The notes: generated from the sequence alone by a model not told the origin. Shown: positions 9,193 through 17,949, numbered from the stretch's first letter. The stretch is DNA of 31,331 nt from Oligoflexales bacterium (GCA_041736175.1 JBGSUI010000124.1:1-31331), one strand, 5' to 3'. Numbers and translations: made by a program.

Positions 9193-9208
9193 TGGCATCA
9201 ATATTGCT
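9193..9208 (+). promoter_or_regulatory. Sigma54 (RpoN) -24/-12 promoter
   Basis: TGGCATCAATATTGCT has exact GG-N10-GC spacing, is intergenic and faces the 9285 gene. Confidence 0.65.
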
Positions 9209-9284
9209 CAGTCTCTATTCCTATGATGAGTTTGTCACTTAATTCTACCCCCGGACCTTACAACTAAACAGAGGATCCAAAGAA

Positions 9285-10772
9285 GTGAAAGTCAGTCCTT
9301 TATATAAATTATTTTACATGAGGCAGTTTTTTTTATTTAGCTTTTTGGTGGGATGTCACCTAAATGTGCCGCCACCCCAAGACAGCGAAACGCTCATGCT
9401 AAAGCCCCAACCAGCCACGATGGCGCAGCTTAGGCGTAGGTGTCTGATGTCAGCGGCACAGCGACCTCCAGCATGCAGCAGCATCACTACCATCGATCGA
9501 GCATTAGAAAAACTTGGCATCACACCTGATATGACGACCAATCAGGAGATCATAAATGAGATTCTCGGTGAAATGAGAATGGGCAGTTTTAACCCAACAA
9601 ATGAAAAAATGAAAACATTCTTAAACAAAGCTAAGACATCAGCCCAGCCTCTGGGTCCCCTTATCGATGGAGTAAGCGAGGGGTTAACGCGGCATCCTGG
9701 GATCATGGATATCTTGAAAGTGGCATTGGATCGAGATTGGCTGAAAGTCGACAAAGAAGTGGTGGCCCGGACTCTCAATCAAATGTACCTATTTGAGGCA
9801 CTTACGGTCGCCATATCTAATGACCCAATTTTTTTGGGCGAAGTCCAGGACCAAATTCAGGCCGCAAGGAGCCAATTTGGCGTCGCCCAGGCAAGTACTT
9901 GGTCCACATTTTACAATGTTTGGCGGTGCAGCGGCAGCTTTTTTGATGCTATAAAAACCATATCCGTCGATCCTGCAATCACTGGCAATCGATATCTGAA
10001 TGCAAATCAGGGTATTCCCCTAACGTCTGAGCAAATCAAGAGTCTAGCGAAGCAAAAAAAGTTGAGTTTTGCTGAGCAAAAAGCCCTGAAGCTGCAAACA
10101 AACCCTAAACTTGCTAACGATTTTTCAGGTCTTAATCTTAATATTTATGAGGCTGCTGCAACGGAGTATTCAAACAAGTACCAAGATAATGCCTTTGCTG
10201 GACATGTCCTTGTCGAATGGATTAAAAAAACAAAGCCTAAGTCTAGTGCGGTGTTGGGCAAGGTGTTCCGCCAGTCCTTAACTCCCGAGCAAGGTCAAAA
10301 TGAACTTGAGGGATTAGGTGTAAACAAAGGTATTTATTATGCCCAATCGACTCTTAGTCAAGAATGGGTGGATCTTTACGAGGCTTGGAATATGAGTTTC
10401 GTGTTGAGCCAGCTAAACGATCTACACATTGTGCTGCCAAAACTGCTCATCCCATCCGTCCTTTCAGCTAAGAGTGGCGATTATATCTATATCCGTGTCA
10501 ATGCTCTTTGGTTGGCAATCCATCAATACACAATGCGTCGTATGGATCATAAAGCCGCAGTTGTTGGTATTTCTGATCAGAGGCGCCGTGAAATTTCTAC
10601 TGAGTTCGGGAAAATTAACAAAAAACTTGCCGATGACCTGGTCAAAAAGTCTAAATTAGATCTTAATGAAACCAAGAAATCCTATGAGATTTTTTTTAAA
10701 GGTCCCCTAAATCCTATGGGAAATGTGATGAGAATGATGTTGTCTTTTGGCAGCGAGCCAACCGGCCAATGA
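9285..10772 (+). CDS. Hypothetical lipoprotein
   Basis: 495-aa ORF; lipobox FSFLVGC; GAGGA upstream of GTG 9285 (alternative ATG at 9318). Confidence 0.75.
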   Translation: MKVSPLYKLFYMRQFFLFSFLVGCHLNVPPPQDSETLMLKPQPATMAQLRRRCLMSAAQRPPACSSITTIDRALEKLGITPDMTTNQEIINEILGEMRMGSFNPTNEKMKTFLNKAKTSAQPLGPLIDGVSEGLTRHPGIMDILKVALDRDWLKVDKEVVARTLNQMYLFEALTVAISNDPIFLGEVQDQIQAARSQFGVAQASTWSTFYNVWRCSGSFFDAIKTISVDPAITGNRYLNANQGIPLTSEQIKSLAKQKKLSFAEQKALKLQTNPKLANDFSGLNLNIYEAAATEYSNKYQDNAFAGHVLVEWIKKTKPKSSAVLGKVFRQSLTPEQGQNELEGLGVNKGIYYAQSTLSQEWVDLYEAWNMSFVLSQLNDLHIVLPKLLIPSVLSAKSGDYIYIRVNALWLAIHQYTMRRMDHKAAVVGISDQRRREISTEFGKINKKLADDLVKKSKLDLNETKKSYEIFFKGPLNPMGNVMRMMLSFGSEPTGQ

Positions 10773-10797
10773 CTTGGGGAGCGCTGGGCGGTGGCGA

Positions 10798-11730
10798 TCA
10801 CTGTACGATGCAAGGCAAGGACCGCAGTCCCAACACGCGCCGAAACCAGGCGACTGTAGAGAAGTCGTCTAAACTTTCAAAAGTGGAAATTTTCTGTACC
10901 GCACGTGAGTTATCCCCATTCCCTGCGGACGTGACTCCCAAAACATAAAAGCGGCCATCGCGCTCCACAAACGCTGGTCCTCCTGAGTCGCCTTTTTCGG
11001 TGTAGTAGCCGTTTTTTTCGGTCACGGTACAAAACATCCCAACCTTTCCGGTGGACGGTCCTGGTGCTGCTACTTGCACTCCCCCTAGGTCAAGACGCTG
11101 CTCATCATGGTAGCGTTGTATAGGCTCGATACAATCATCGATAGACTTCGCTTCTCCTGACCCTACACGGAGCTGTGGTGAGTGACTATCAACAAAACCA
11201 CCATAGCCAGCAAAATAGAACATCCCCCGCGGTATGCCCATTCCATGGAGTTGTGACGTTGAAAGGACGACGGTTGGCAGACGTTGTGTGAATTTTGCCG
11301 CTACCTTTTCGATAAGTACTATAAGACCAAAATCAAAATTTTTTATGGAACCTGTCGACCAACTTTTTCCTGGTTTGAACTTAGGGGCGATACTCAAAGA
11401 ATCAACCCCGTAATAGGTCCACGGCTCGTTGGCTGAAGACCGTAAAAGAGCCCGAATACTCTTGGATTTGATAAGGCGACCCTGGGCATCGACCAGACAA
11501 TGGGCAGCTGTCAAAAGGGTCCGATGATCAACGAGGGTTCCCGTACAATGACCGGACACGCCATCCACTTTGCGCTCAAGCAGTGCCACTGACGGTGCAA
11601 AGTCCACAAAGGTGGCTGTCGCAGCTTCTCTTGGTGCATGGGAGACATTGAGAGCGGAGTATTGGCGTAGCGGGAGATTGCAGGAAGCCACAAATGCTGA
11701 CATTGCAAATAATCGAAGAAAAAAATTCAT
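10798..11730 (-). CDS. Trypsin-like (S1) serine protease, lipoprotein
   Basis: Catalytic motifs LTAAHC, FDFGL and GDSGGP; lipobox FVASC; AGGAG RBS. Confidence 0.92.
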   Translation of the reverse strand: MNFFLRLFAMSAFVASCNLPLRQYSALNVSHAPREAATATFVDFAPSVALLERKVDGVSGHCTGTLVDHRTLLTAAHCLVDAQGRLIKSKSIRALLRSSANEPWTYYGVDSLSIAPKFKPGKSWSTGSIKNFDFGLIVLIEKVAAKFTQRLPTVVLSTSQLHGMGIPRGMFYFAGYGGFVDSHSPQLRVGSGEAKSIDDCIEPIQRYHDEQRLDLGGVQVAAPGPSTGKVGMFCTVTEKNGYYTEKGDSGGPAFVERDGRFYVLGVTSAGNGDNSRAVQKISTFESLDDFSTVAWFRRVLGLRSLPCIVQ

Positions 11731-11744
11731 AAAATCTCCTAAAC

Positions 11745-12542
11745 TTAGGACGGCCTGCGCTCGTTTATTTTTTGGAGTCCACGTCCTTCTTTTACTTTGC
11801 CGAAAGCCCAGGATGTATCGTCATACATGGTCCCAAAGAGGCGATCCAACCAAGGAGAAGATTGGGCATAGTTTCCCTTATACCTTGCATGGTGGAGGGC
11901 ATGGTAGGTTGGAGAATTAAAAATAAAGGATTTCCATGTGGACATATAGTCTTTGTGATAGAGGTCCACATTCATATGATCTAAAAAATTATTGAGATCT
12001 TTAAACAACAAGAACACCGTAAAAAAGGGAAGGGATAACCAGGGCAAATAGAGTGAGAATATAACGAGTGGAATTCCATTACCCACGAAAATAATCAACG
12101 TTTCGATCACCCCAAAAGCTGCTCCCGTCAAAGGTCTTGTGACCTGTCCAGCATGGTGAGGGCGGTGTATCCAGTATAAATGTTTGGTATGGAGACAGCG
12201 ATGGGCAAGGTAAAACCAGACCTCAGTCCAAAGATAGGTGACAACCCCCACAACCAAGGTTTTAATCAGATGAAAATCATGAAAGACTATCATCTCAAAA
12301 TCGATCAAAGTAGCAAAACAAGCAGCCCGGACGAGGACTGAAATAAAGGCTCGCCTCGCTTCTTCTTTTGCTTCTGGCAAAAAACCCTCACCGTTTCGGT
12401 AGATCTGAAACTCCAGAGATGTTTTATTGTTTAGTATTCTTTTTGTCACCACAACCGCTAGTAAAAATCCAGCTAGACATAAAGCTCCAACCCACCCAAA
12501 AGATAATAACCAGGAGCCTAAACTAAATGCGGACAAATTCAT
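11745..12542 (-). CDS. Sterol desaturase / fatty-acid hydroxylase family membrane protein
   Basis: His boxes HRCLH, HRPHH, DH and HALHH; WLDRLFGT; hydrophobic segments. Confidence 0.9.
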   Translation of the reverse strand: MNLSAFSLGSWLLSFGWVGALCLAGFLLAVVVTKRILNNKTSLEFQIYRNGEGFLPEAKEEARRAFISVLVRAACFATLIDFEMIVFHDFHLIKTLVVGVVTYLWTEVWFYLAHRCLHTKHLYWIHRPHHAGQVTRPLTGAAFGVIETLIIFVGNGIPLVIFSLYLPWLSLPFFTVFLLFKDLNNFLDHMNVDLYHKDYMSTWKSFIFNSPTYHALHHARYKGNYAQSSPWLDRLFGTMYDDTSWAFGKVKEGRGLQKINERRPS

Positions 12543-12806
12543 ATTATTTTCCTAGAAAAACAGCCAATCGTTACAACCTACAGCAGCGGCTTCAAACCGA
12601 GAGTCTCAGCCCTGATTCTTGGATCAAGAAATCAAAACAGGGACTCGAAGATGGGTTATCAAAAATCATTCCATCTATTAAAAGGTCTATCATACTGACT
12701 TTATCCTATGGATCTGTGTTAGGAATTGCCCAGCATGTCAACTTTATGGACACCAAGGAGAATTGCTTGACAGGAATCAAAATCATAGATACATATAAAA
12801 TATTGT

Positions 12807-12828
12807 TTATCAATGTTTTCATTGATAA
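12807..12828. promoter_or_regulatory. Inverted repeat TTATCAATG-N4-CATTGATAA, candidate operator
   Basis: Perfect 9-bp arms in the AT-rich divergent intergenic region, 41 bp upstream of ATG 12870. Confidence 0.45.
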
Positions 12829-12869
12829 CCATCACCCTAACACTATTGTCAAAATAAGGACATCGGTCC

Positions 12870-13508
12870 ATGCTGATCCCGAGGACTTCAAAGGTTAAGA
12901 TTATGGGGTTTCTATGTTGGGTTCCTCTAGTTGGATGCGGACCTAACAAAGCGCAGCCAGGAGCCACCCGCACACTCATCCATGGCGGACCTGCAAATGA
13001 TTTCACGGATCCTTCACCGAAAGGTATGACGAAAAGTGCAGTCGATTTGTTGATTAAGCAAAGAGAAGAAGCAACCTTAGCAAGGCTGCAAAACGGAGAT
13101 CACAAAAACAAACCAATCATTGAGCTAATACAACGTTCCCGAGTGGGGAAGGCGACTGAAGCAGATTTTAACCAGCTCTTTTCTTCCGCTGCAATCGCAG
13201 TGGCCACCCATCCCACCGAAATCCTGAAGAATTCCTACTATCTGGAGTATAAGCGAATCTGGTACCTAGCCGATGATGCCTATAAGGCTATTCGTTCAAA
13301 AAAATTTCAGCCAGAGTTAAAACTGATTCCTTACCTTAGGAGTGTCGTCAGTCAAGACCAAGCTGCTCTTTTACACTGGATTTTTTCGGCGGAACTCAAA
13401 CGGGAAAGTATGGACCCTAGGGCTCTCGGGGCTGAATGTAGCGAGATGTTAAAGTTGACTACCATTGTCCAAGAGCTTAAAACCCTTGTTGAGACAAAAT
13501 CTCACTAA
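12870..13508 (+). CDS. Hypothetical lipoprotein
   Basis: 212-aa ORF; lipobox VPLVGC; TAAGGA upstream; helical composition. Confidence 0.65.
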   Translation: MLIPRTSKVKIMGFLCWVPLVGCGPNKAQPGATRTLIHGGPANDFTDPSPKGMTKSAVDLLIKQREEATLARLQNGDHKNKPIIELIQRSRVGKATEADFNQLFSSAAIAVATHPTEILKNSYYLEYKRIWYLADDAYKAIRSKKFQPELKLIPYLRSVVSQDQAALLHWIFSAELKRESMDPRALGAECSEMLKLTTIVQELKTLVETKSH

Positions 13509-14739
13509 ACCAATAGAGGGAGCTAAAAAAGCCAGGACAGGACATATGGTCGTAGGGCTGGCTAGGGTCAGGGCTTTCGATCAACACAGTCTCAACCGGC
13601 GCGTCGGGACTGATGGCCTTAAAGCTATCATAAGCCGCCTGGGTGGCCTCAACCGGTACAGCGGTATCATCGATGCAGTGGTAGAGCTTGGTCGGTGTGG
13701 ATGGTGACCAGCCTTTGTTGGTGAGACTCTGCTCGCTCAGCCACTGACGCAGGGTTTTTCCGTCGCGGGAGGCGGGTTTATCACTGATCACGTCGGTGAC
13801 AAAATCGGCCTTAAAGAGGCGAGTTGTCTCCCAGGGAAGGATCGAGAAAAGCTCTTTGGTCCGGTAAGATCCACTGAAAAGTTCATAGGCCCACGGAACA
13901 TCGATATTGAGCATTTGGGTAATGTCCCAGTGATCTGCACCAAACCAGTGGTTGTAGGAAAGGAGCACAAAGGGAAGATTGACGGGGTTGACTGTAGGGC
14001 GAGAGCCTAGAACTCTGCTTGTGACCACGAGGTCGTAGGGTCCCGCTCCCGGGGCAGAAGCCACAGCCTTAAACTCGCTGGTTGGATCGGTTTCAATCGC
14101 TTTTTGTAGAACCATGGTTCCATAGCCACCTTCTGAATAGCCTCGCAGAAAAAGCGGCCCTAAATTTATATTGTTTTCCTGAGCAAAGCTGCGTGCTGCC
14201 CGGAGCATATCGATACCACTATGGACATAGGACTGGGCGATTATATAGGGGTGGAAGACATCGCTGGCTTCACCAAATCCAATATAGTCCTGTACCACTG
14301 TTAAAAAGCCCTGGGAACCCTCAAGGAGCCCTTCTCCTAAGCCCACTGAAGGGGCTTCAACCTTGCCGGTGATGGTTCCGTGCTGGAGGCTTATCCAGGG
14401 GTAGACTAGAAACTCCCCATCGGGAATGACGACAATCCCTGAGGCTTGGTGTGGGACCGGGGGAACCGTAGGGAGTTCTGTCTGATAGACGAGTTTATAG
14501 ACGGTCACACCTGCCTTGGCGCTGATGCCCACATCCTTAAATTTTTCGTCTAAGGCCGCCTTGGAAAAAGCTCCCACGGGAGTTGCTGATAGCAAAGTCC
14601 CCCGGCGAGATGGGACTGGGTTTGAAAGATCGCTTGAAGATGAGAAGGCTAAATGTTGCGGTGTCAGAGAGGCATTCTGCTGACAAGACGACAAAAGACC
14701 CAGAAATCCGCAGGTAAAAACACGTTTTAAAAGCCCCAT
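13477..14739 (-). CDS. Secretory lipase-like alpha/beta hydrolase, lipoprotein
   Basis: Nucleophile elbow GYSEGG; QHGT, DYIGFG, APGAGPYDL, DDTAVP and a C-terminal His; lipobox LLSSC; GAGGA RBS. Confidence 0.88.
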   Translation of the reverse strand: MGLLKRVFTCGFLGLLSSCQQNASLTPQHLAFSSSSDLSNPVPSRRGTLLSATPVGAFSKAALDEKFKDVGISAKAGVTVYKLVYQTELPTVPPVPHQASGIVVIPDGEFLVYPWISLQHGTITGKVEAPSVGLGEGLLEGSQGFLTVVQDYIGFGEASDVFHPYIIAQSYVHSGIDMLRAARSFAQENNINLGPLFLRGYSEGGYGTMVLQKAIETDPTSEFKAVASAPGAGPYDLVVTSRVLGSRPTVNPVNLPFVLLSYNHWFGADHWDITQMLNIDVPWAYELFSGSYRTKELFSILPWETTRLFKADFVTDVISDKPASRDGKTLRQWLSEQSLTNKGWSPSTPTKLYHCIDDTAVPVEATQAAYDSFKAISPDAPVETVLIESPDPSQPYDHMSCPGFFSSLYWFSEILSQQGF

Positions 14740-14919
14740 AGTAGATTCCTCGTTTGGTTTTAAAGATGGTGAGCTGTCTTTTTGACTGATGGATCACAAA
14801 GATTATCGCATGTTTTACGGTCTAAAACCCAAAGATACGGCTTCGAAGCGCTCAATAGAATGAATTTGTACGGGAAAAAATGATTTAGACGCTTTGAAAA
14901 CTCTATCTCGACAAGCTTA

Positions 14920-14940
14920 TTTAGGTAAAAACTGCACCTT
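14920..14940. repeat. Left copy of a 21-bp direct repeat (putative target-site duplication) TTTAGGTAAAAACTGCACCTT
   Basis: Identical to 16213..16233 (22 bp if the A at 14919/16212 is counted). On the minus strand it encodes KVQFLPK followed by TAA at 14917..14919. Confidence 0.9.
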
Positions 14941-14964
14941 TGATATTTGGTGACCATTCGCAAT
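14941..14964. repeat. Left terminal inverted repeat of the cassette
   Basis: 18/24 match to the reverse complement of 16189..16212. Confidence 0.75.
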
Positions 14965-15044
14965 CCCCCGTGCCTCCTTGCTTTTCACCCCGGGATATGA
15001 GAAATTTAGTTTCTGAAAAAATCTTTTTCTACGGAGCTGAACCC

Positions 15045-16196
15045 ATGATTCACATCGATCGATTTGCTTTATGGGCTTTTTTGGCGGCTCTTTTTATAAA
15101 TCTTTCCAATTGCAAAACAGTCCAGCGTCAACCTGAATCTGGCGTTAAATCCGAAGAAACCAGCGTCGAAGTCGATGACCTAGAGCAATATGACTTATCG
15201 GATGAACTTTCGAAATTAAAGGGAATAGAACCTTTATTGATCAAAGGTGCCAAAGAGTCTCAAGGTGGTTTAGGCCAAGTCCTCCTTGTCAGTGGTGAAA
15301 AGCAGATGCACTCTTTTCCGGTAAATGTGCCCTATGATTTAACGGAAGCGGCAAAACTCGAGCTCCAATTGCGTCTTGCATGCCCCGCTCAGGGTCAATG
15401 CGAGGCATGGGATCGATTAGGCTCAATTGTGGTCGTGCATGATTATGCGGGTGGAAAAAAAAGCTCGGTAGAAATCCTACGATTTATGACGCCCTATCGT
15501 GAAGGAGCCACCTGGAGCATTGATGTCACCGATTATGCTTCGATTTTAAGTGGTTCCTATACCATGCGAACCTACATAGAAAGTTGGTCTAGCATGAAGG
15601 GAGAAATACCTAAAGGATGGGAAATGACCGTTGCCTTAAAAGTCAGCGGAAAAAATAACTCTGCCATACGCCCCAAGGTGGTATGGCCAATCATGACCTA
15701 CGCAGCGGTGCCCTACGGTGATCCCAAGGTGCCCACTTTACGTTATGGCAACCAAGCTCCCGGATTAAAAGGCCTCTACAAAAAGGGAGTCCTGCGGAGC
15801 ATAATCACAGGTCATGGCCAAGCTAATAGGGATAACTGCGCCGAGTTTTGTAACAAGAAACACACCCTAAAAGTAGGTGGACAGTCTTACTTTCCTGTTA
15901 TTTGGCGTGATGACTGTCATACATCAGTCAGCCCAACCCAAGCCGGCAACTATAGGAGTCCTCGAGCTGGTTGGTGTCCAGGTGACTATGTGCGATCTCA
16001 GGCTTTTGATGTCACCAACGCCTTGACCAATTCCACAAATCCCACAGCCTATTTTCCAGAGCCCTATACCAACTCATGCCGACCAGGAGCCCAACCTTGC
16101 ACAGGGTGTATGTATGAGAATACTTGCGAATATAATCAAGGGACTCATACCCCACCCTTTTGGCTAGTTACCGCCAATTTAGTGCTCTATCGCTAG
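15045..16196 (+). CDS. Peptide-N-glycosidase F-related protein, probable lipoprotein
   Basis: CEAWDR, EILRFMTPY, IDVTDY, ITGHG, NCAEFC and RAGWCPG are PNGase F-family motifs. ATG 15045 follows GGAG; signal ALWAFLAALFINLSNC. The ORF track start (14940) lies on the element boundary. Confidence 0.85.
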   Translation: MIHIDRFALWAFLAALFINLSNCKTVQRQPESGVKSEETSVEVDDLEQYDLSDELSKLKGIEPLLIKGAKESQGGLGQVLLVSGEKQMHSFPVNVPYDLTEAAKLELQLRLACPAQGQCEAWDRLGSIVVVHDYAGGKKSSVEILRFMTPYREGATWSIDVTDYASILSGSYTMRTYIESWSSMKGEIPKGWEMTVALKVSGKNNSAIRPKVVWPIMTYAAVPYGDPKVPTLRYGNQAPGLKGLYKKGVLRSIITGHGQANRDNCAEFCNKKHTLKVGGQSYFPVIWRDDCHTSVSPTQAGNYRSPRAGWCPGDYVRSQAFDVTNALTNSTNPTAYFPEPYTNSCRPGAQPCTGCMYENTCEYNQGTHTPPFWLVTANLVLYR

Positions 16197-16212
16197 TGGT
16201 CAACGGATATCA
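16189..16212. repeat. Right terminal inverted repeat of the cassette; contains the stop codons of both convergent genes
   Basis: ATCGCTAGTGGTCAACGGATATCA; TAG at 16194..16196 (+) and TGA at 16212..16210 (-). Confidence 0.75.
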
Positions 16213-17901
16213 TTTAGGTAAAAACTGCACCTTGCGTAGGTAGACGGTCTTCCCATTTTGAGTCATGCCAAAAAGGGCAAAGCTTTGGCCCGCTTTAATG
16301 AGAAGGGGAGTTGATGAGCCAAAAAACTGTCGATCACCGCTGGTTTTGCTCAAAGTTAATACGGATCGATCATCGCTACAGCCAAGCCCTCCGGGGATCG
16401 AAACAGGGCACACTTCAATAGAAACCAAGTCTTTACTGCTAGCAACGCTTAGACTGTAAAGGTCCGGTTGGTCCAAAGCTTTGACCGCAATTTTGAGATC
16501 CCGACTGAGACTCTGGCGGAGTTTTGTGGTCTGAGTTTTGGCACTTTGCTCGCTTGCTGTGAGTCCAGCATAATGGGCTAAGAAACTCAGACCTAGGTGG
16601 GTCATACGCTCTGTAAGCTTAAGATTGTTGATTTGGGTACTGGTATCCTGGATGGTGTGGAGGCTCCGATTGTAAGCGACGGGGTTTTCAAATGGAAAAA
16701 CCGCAGGGTATCCGGCTGTGGTCCAGGATTTATGGTCTGATGTTCCGGCAGACAGACTGGCCTCCTCAAAATCTCCGCTAAAATACGTATGGAGCAGATC
16801 CCGGGTGCCTTTTCTGAGGGAATCAGAAGTATCGTTTTTTACAAGGTAGACTTTTTGTCCAGGATTTTGGCTCCATGCATTCATATCAAACTGCATCATA
16901 CCGACAATTTTACGCCCATTTTTGGCGTAATTTTGGGCTAGGGAAGCACTGCCAAAAAGTCCGACTTCTTCGGCGCCATAGGCGTGGATCTCAACGCGAC
17001 GATGAAACTTAAAATTGTTTTTCGCGATCACACGAAGAATCTCCTTAATCGTTGCGATCCCGCTGGCATCGTCATCTGCTCCTGGAGCGAGCGACGTAGG
17101 TCCACTGCTATTGATGCTGTCTAAGTGGGCCCCCAAGATCACCGTAAGATCGTCCTCACTTTGTCCAGGGATGGTGGCGACCACGGATTTTTGAGGGGTA
17201 TCGGCCACCGTAATGGATTGGAGTTCCACCTTTAAGCCTGGTAGGTTTCCACCAACCGACTTGAGATCGTCAGCAACGATTTGGGGAACCGTCACGCCCA
17301 CGCTGCTGGTATGAAACCGGGTTCCGAGTTTTTCAAGGGATGTAATCGTTGATTCTAATTCGGGGAGGGATGAATCGGCAAAGGACTGGGTGATTTCTGG
17401 TAGGGGAAGCAGTTCGCTATAGTAGGGTCCGGTAAATTTGGTCGCAACTTTTGTCATGGAAAGACTCACAAGCTCCAAGGCTCCGCAAACTGGGTGGGAT
17501 TCACTATGGGCCGCCGCGGCAAGTCCATGGAGAGCGCCAGGTTCCTCTAAACCGACGAGAGCAAAACCTCTTTCGGAATCTGCTGGCTGCCATACCAACA
17601 TTGTCGTCCCATCAACCCTTAAGCGCTCTTCGAGGGGACCACCGGTTCTATAACTTACCATAACCAAATATTTAGATTTTAAACTGTTTTCATGTCCATT
17701 CCAAACAACTAAACTTTTATTTGATTGCTCCCAAATAATGCGATCGCCCTCCTTAAGGAGTTCATTTTTTTGATTTACCAATCCTAAGGCGTCTTTAAAT
17801 CGCGGATGAATCACCACCTCAGGTCTTCCTGAAGAACAAGCGGTTATAATAGCCCCCGTCAGGAACTGGATACACCCGAGACGGATAATGAATCGATTCA
17901 T
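16210..17901 (-). CDS. M28-family (bacterial leucyl aminopeptidase-like) zinc peptidase, lipoprotein
   Basis: GAHLDS, PGADDDASG, AEEVGL, QFDM, SDHKSW and HT; lipobox IITAC. Confidence 0.92.
   Translation of the reverse strand: MNRFIIRLGCIQFLTGAIITACSSGRPEVVIHPRFKDALGLVNQKNELLKEGDRIIWEQSNKSLVVWNGHENSLKSKYLVMVSYRTGGPLEERLRVDGTTMLVWQPADSERGFALVGLEEPGALHGLAAAAHSESHPVCGALELVSLSMTKVATKFTGPYYSELLPLPEITQSFADSSLPELESTITSLEKLGTRFHTSSVGVTVPQIVADDLKSVGGNLPGLKVELQSITVADTPQKSVVATIPGQSEDDLTVILGAHLDSINSSGPTSLAPGADDDASGIATIKEILRVIAKNNFKFHRRVEIHAYGAEEVGLFGSASLAQNYAKNGRKIVGMMQFDMNAWSQNPGQKVYLVKNDTSDSLRKGTRDLLHTYFSGDFEEASLSAGTSDHKSWTTAGYPAVFPFENPVAYNRSLHTIQDTSTQINNLKLTERMTHLGLSFLAHYAGLTASEQSAKTQTTKLRQSLSRDLKIAVKALDQPDLYSLSVASSKDLVSIEVCPVSIPGGLGCSDDRSVLTLSKTSGDRQFFGSSTPLLIKAGQSFALFGMTQNGKTVYLRKVQFLPK
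16213..16233. repeat. Right copy of the 21-bp direct repeat (last 7 codons of the M28 peptidase gene)
   Basis: Identical to 14920..14940. Confidence 0.9.
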
Positions 17902-17949
17902 AGAGGGAAACCTTTAGTGATTTTGAAAAAACATACCCATCTTGGAGAA

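Larger units (their letters stand above)
14941..16212. mobile_element. 1,272-bp non-autonomous cassette with terminal inverted repeats, one passenger gene and no transposase
   Basis: Left end TGATATTTGGTGACCATTCGCAAT versus reverse complement of right end TGATATCCGTTGACCACTAGCGAT (18/24 identical). Both abut the 21-bp direct repeats exactly. Confidence 0.8.

Noticed and set aside
12527..13006. ORFs 12527..12898 (+) and 12719..13006 (-)
   Set aside because: They span an AT-rich divergent promoter region, overlap better-supported genes and show no motifs.
14940..15044. ORF track N-terminal extension of the PNGase-like gene
   Set aside because: It starts on the element boundary; ATG 15045 has the RBS and signal peptide.
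14919..16233. Repeat pair as a CRISPR array, or as attL/attR of an integrative element
   Set aside because: Only two copies 1.27 kb apart, no cas or integrase genes in the window, and internal TIRs fit a transposon-like insertion better. An att-type origin is not fully excluded.
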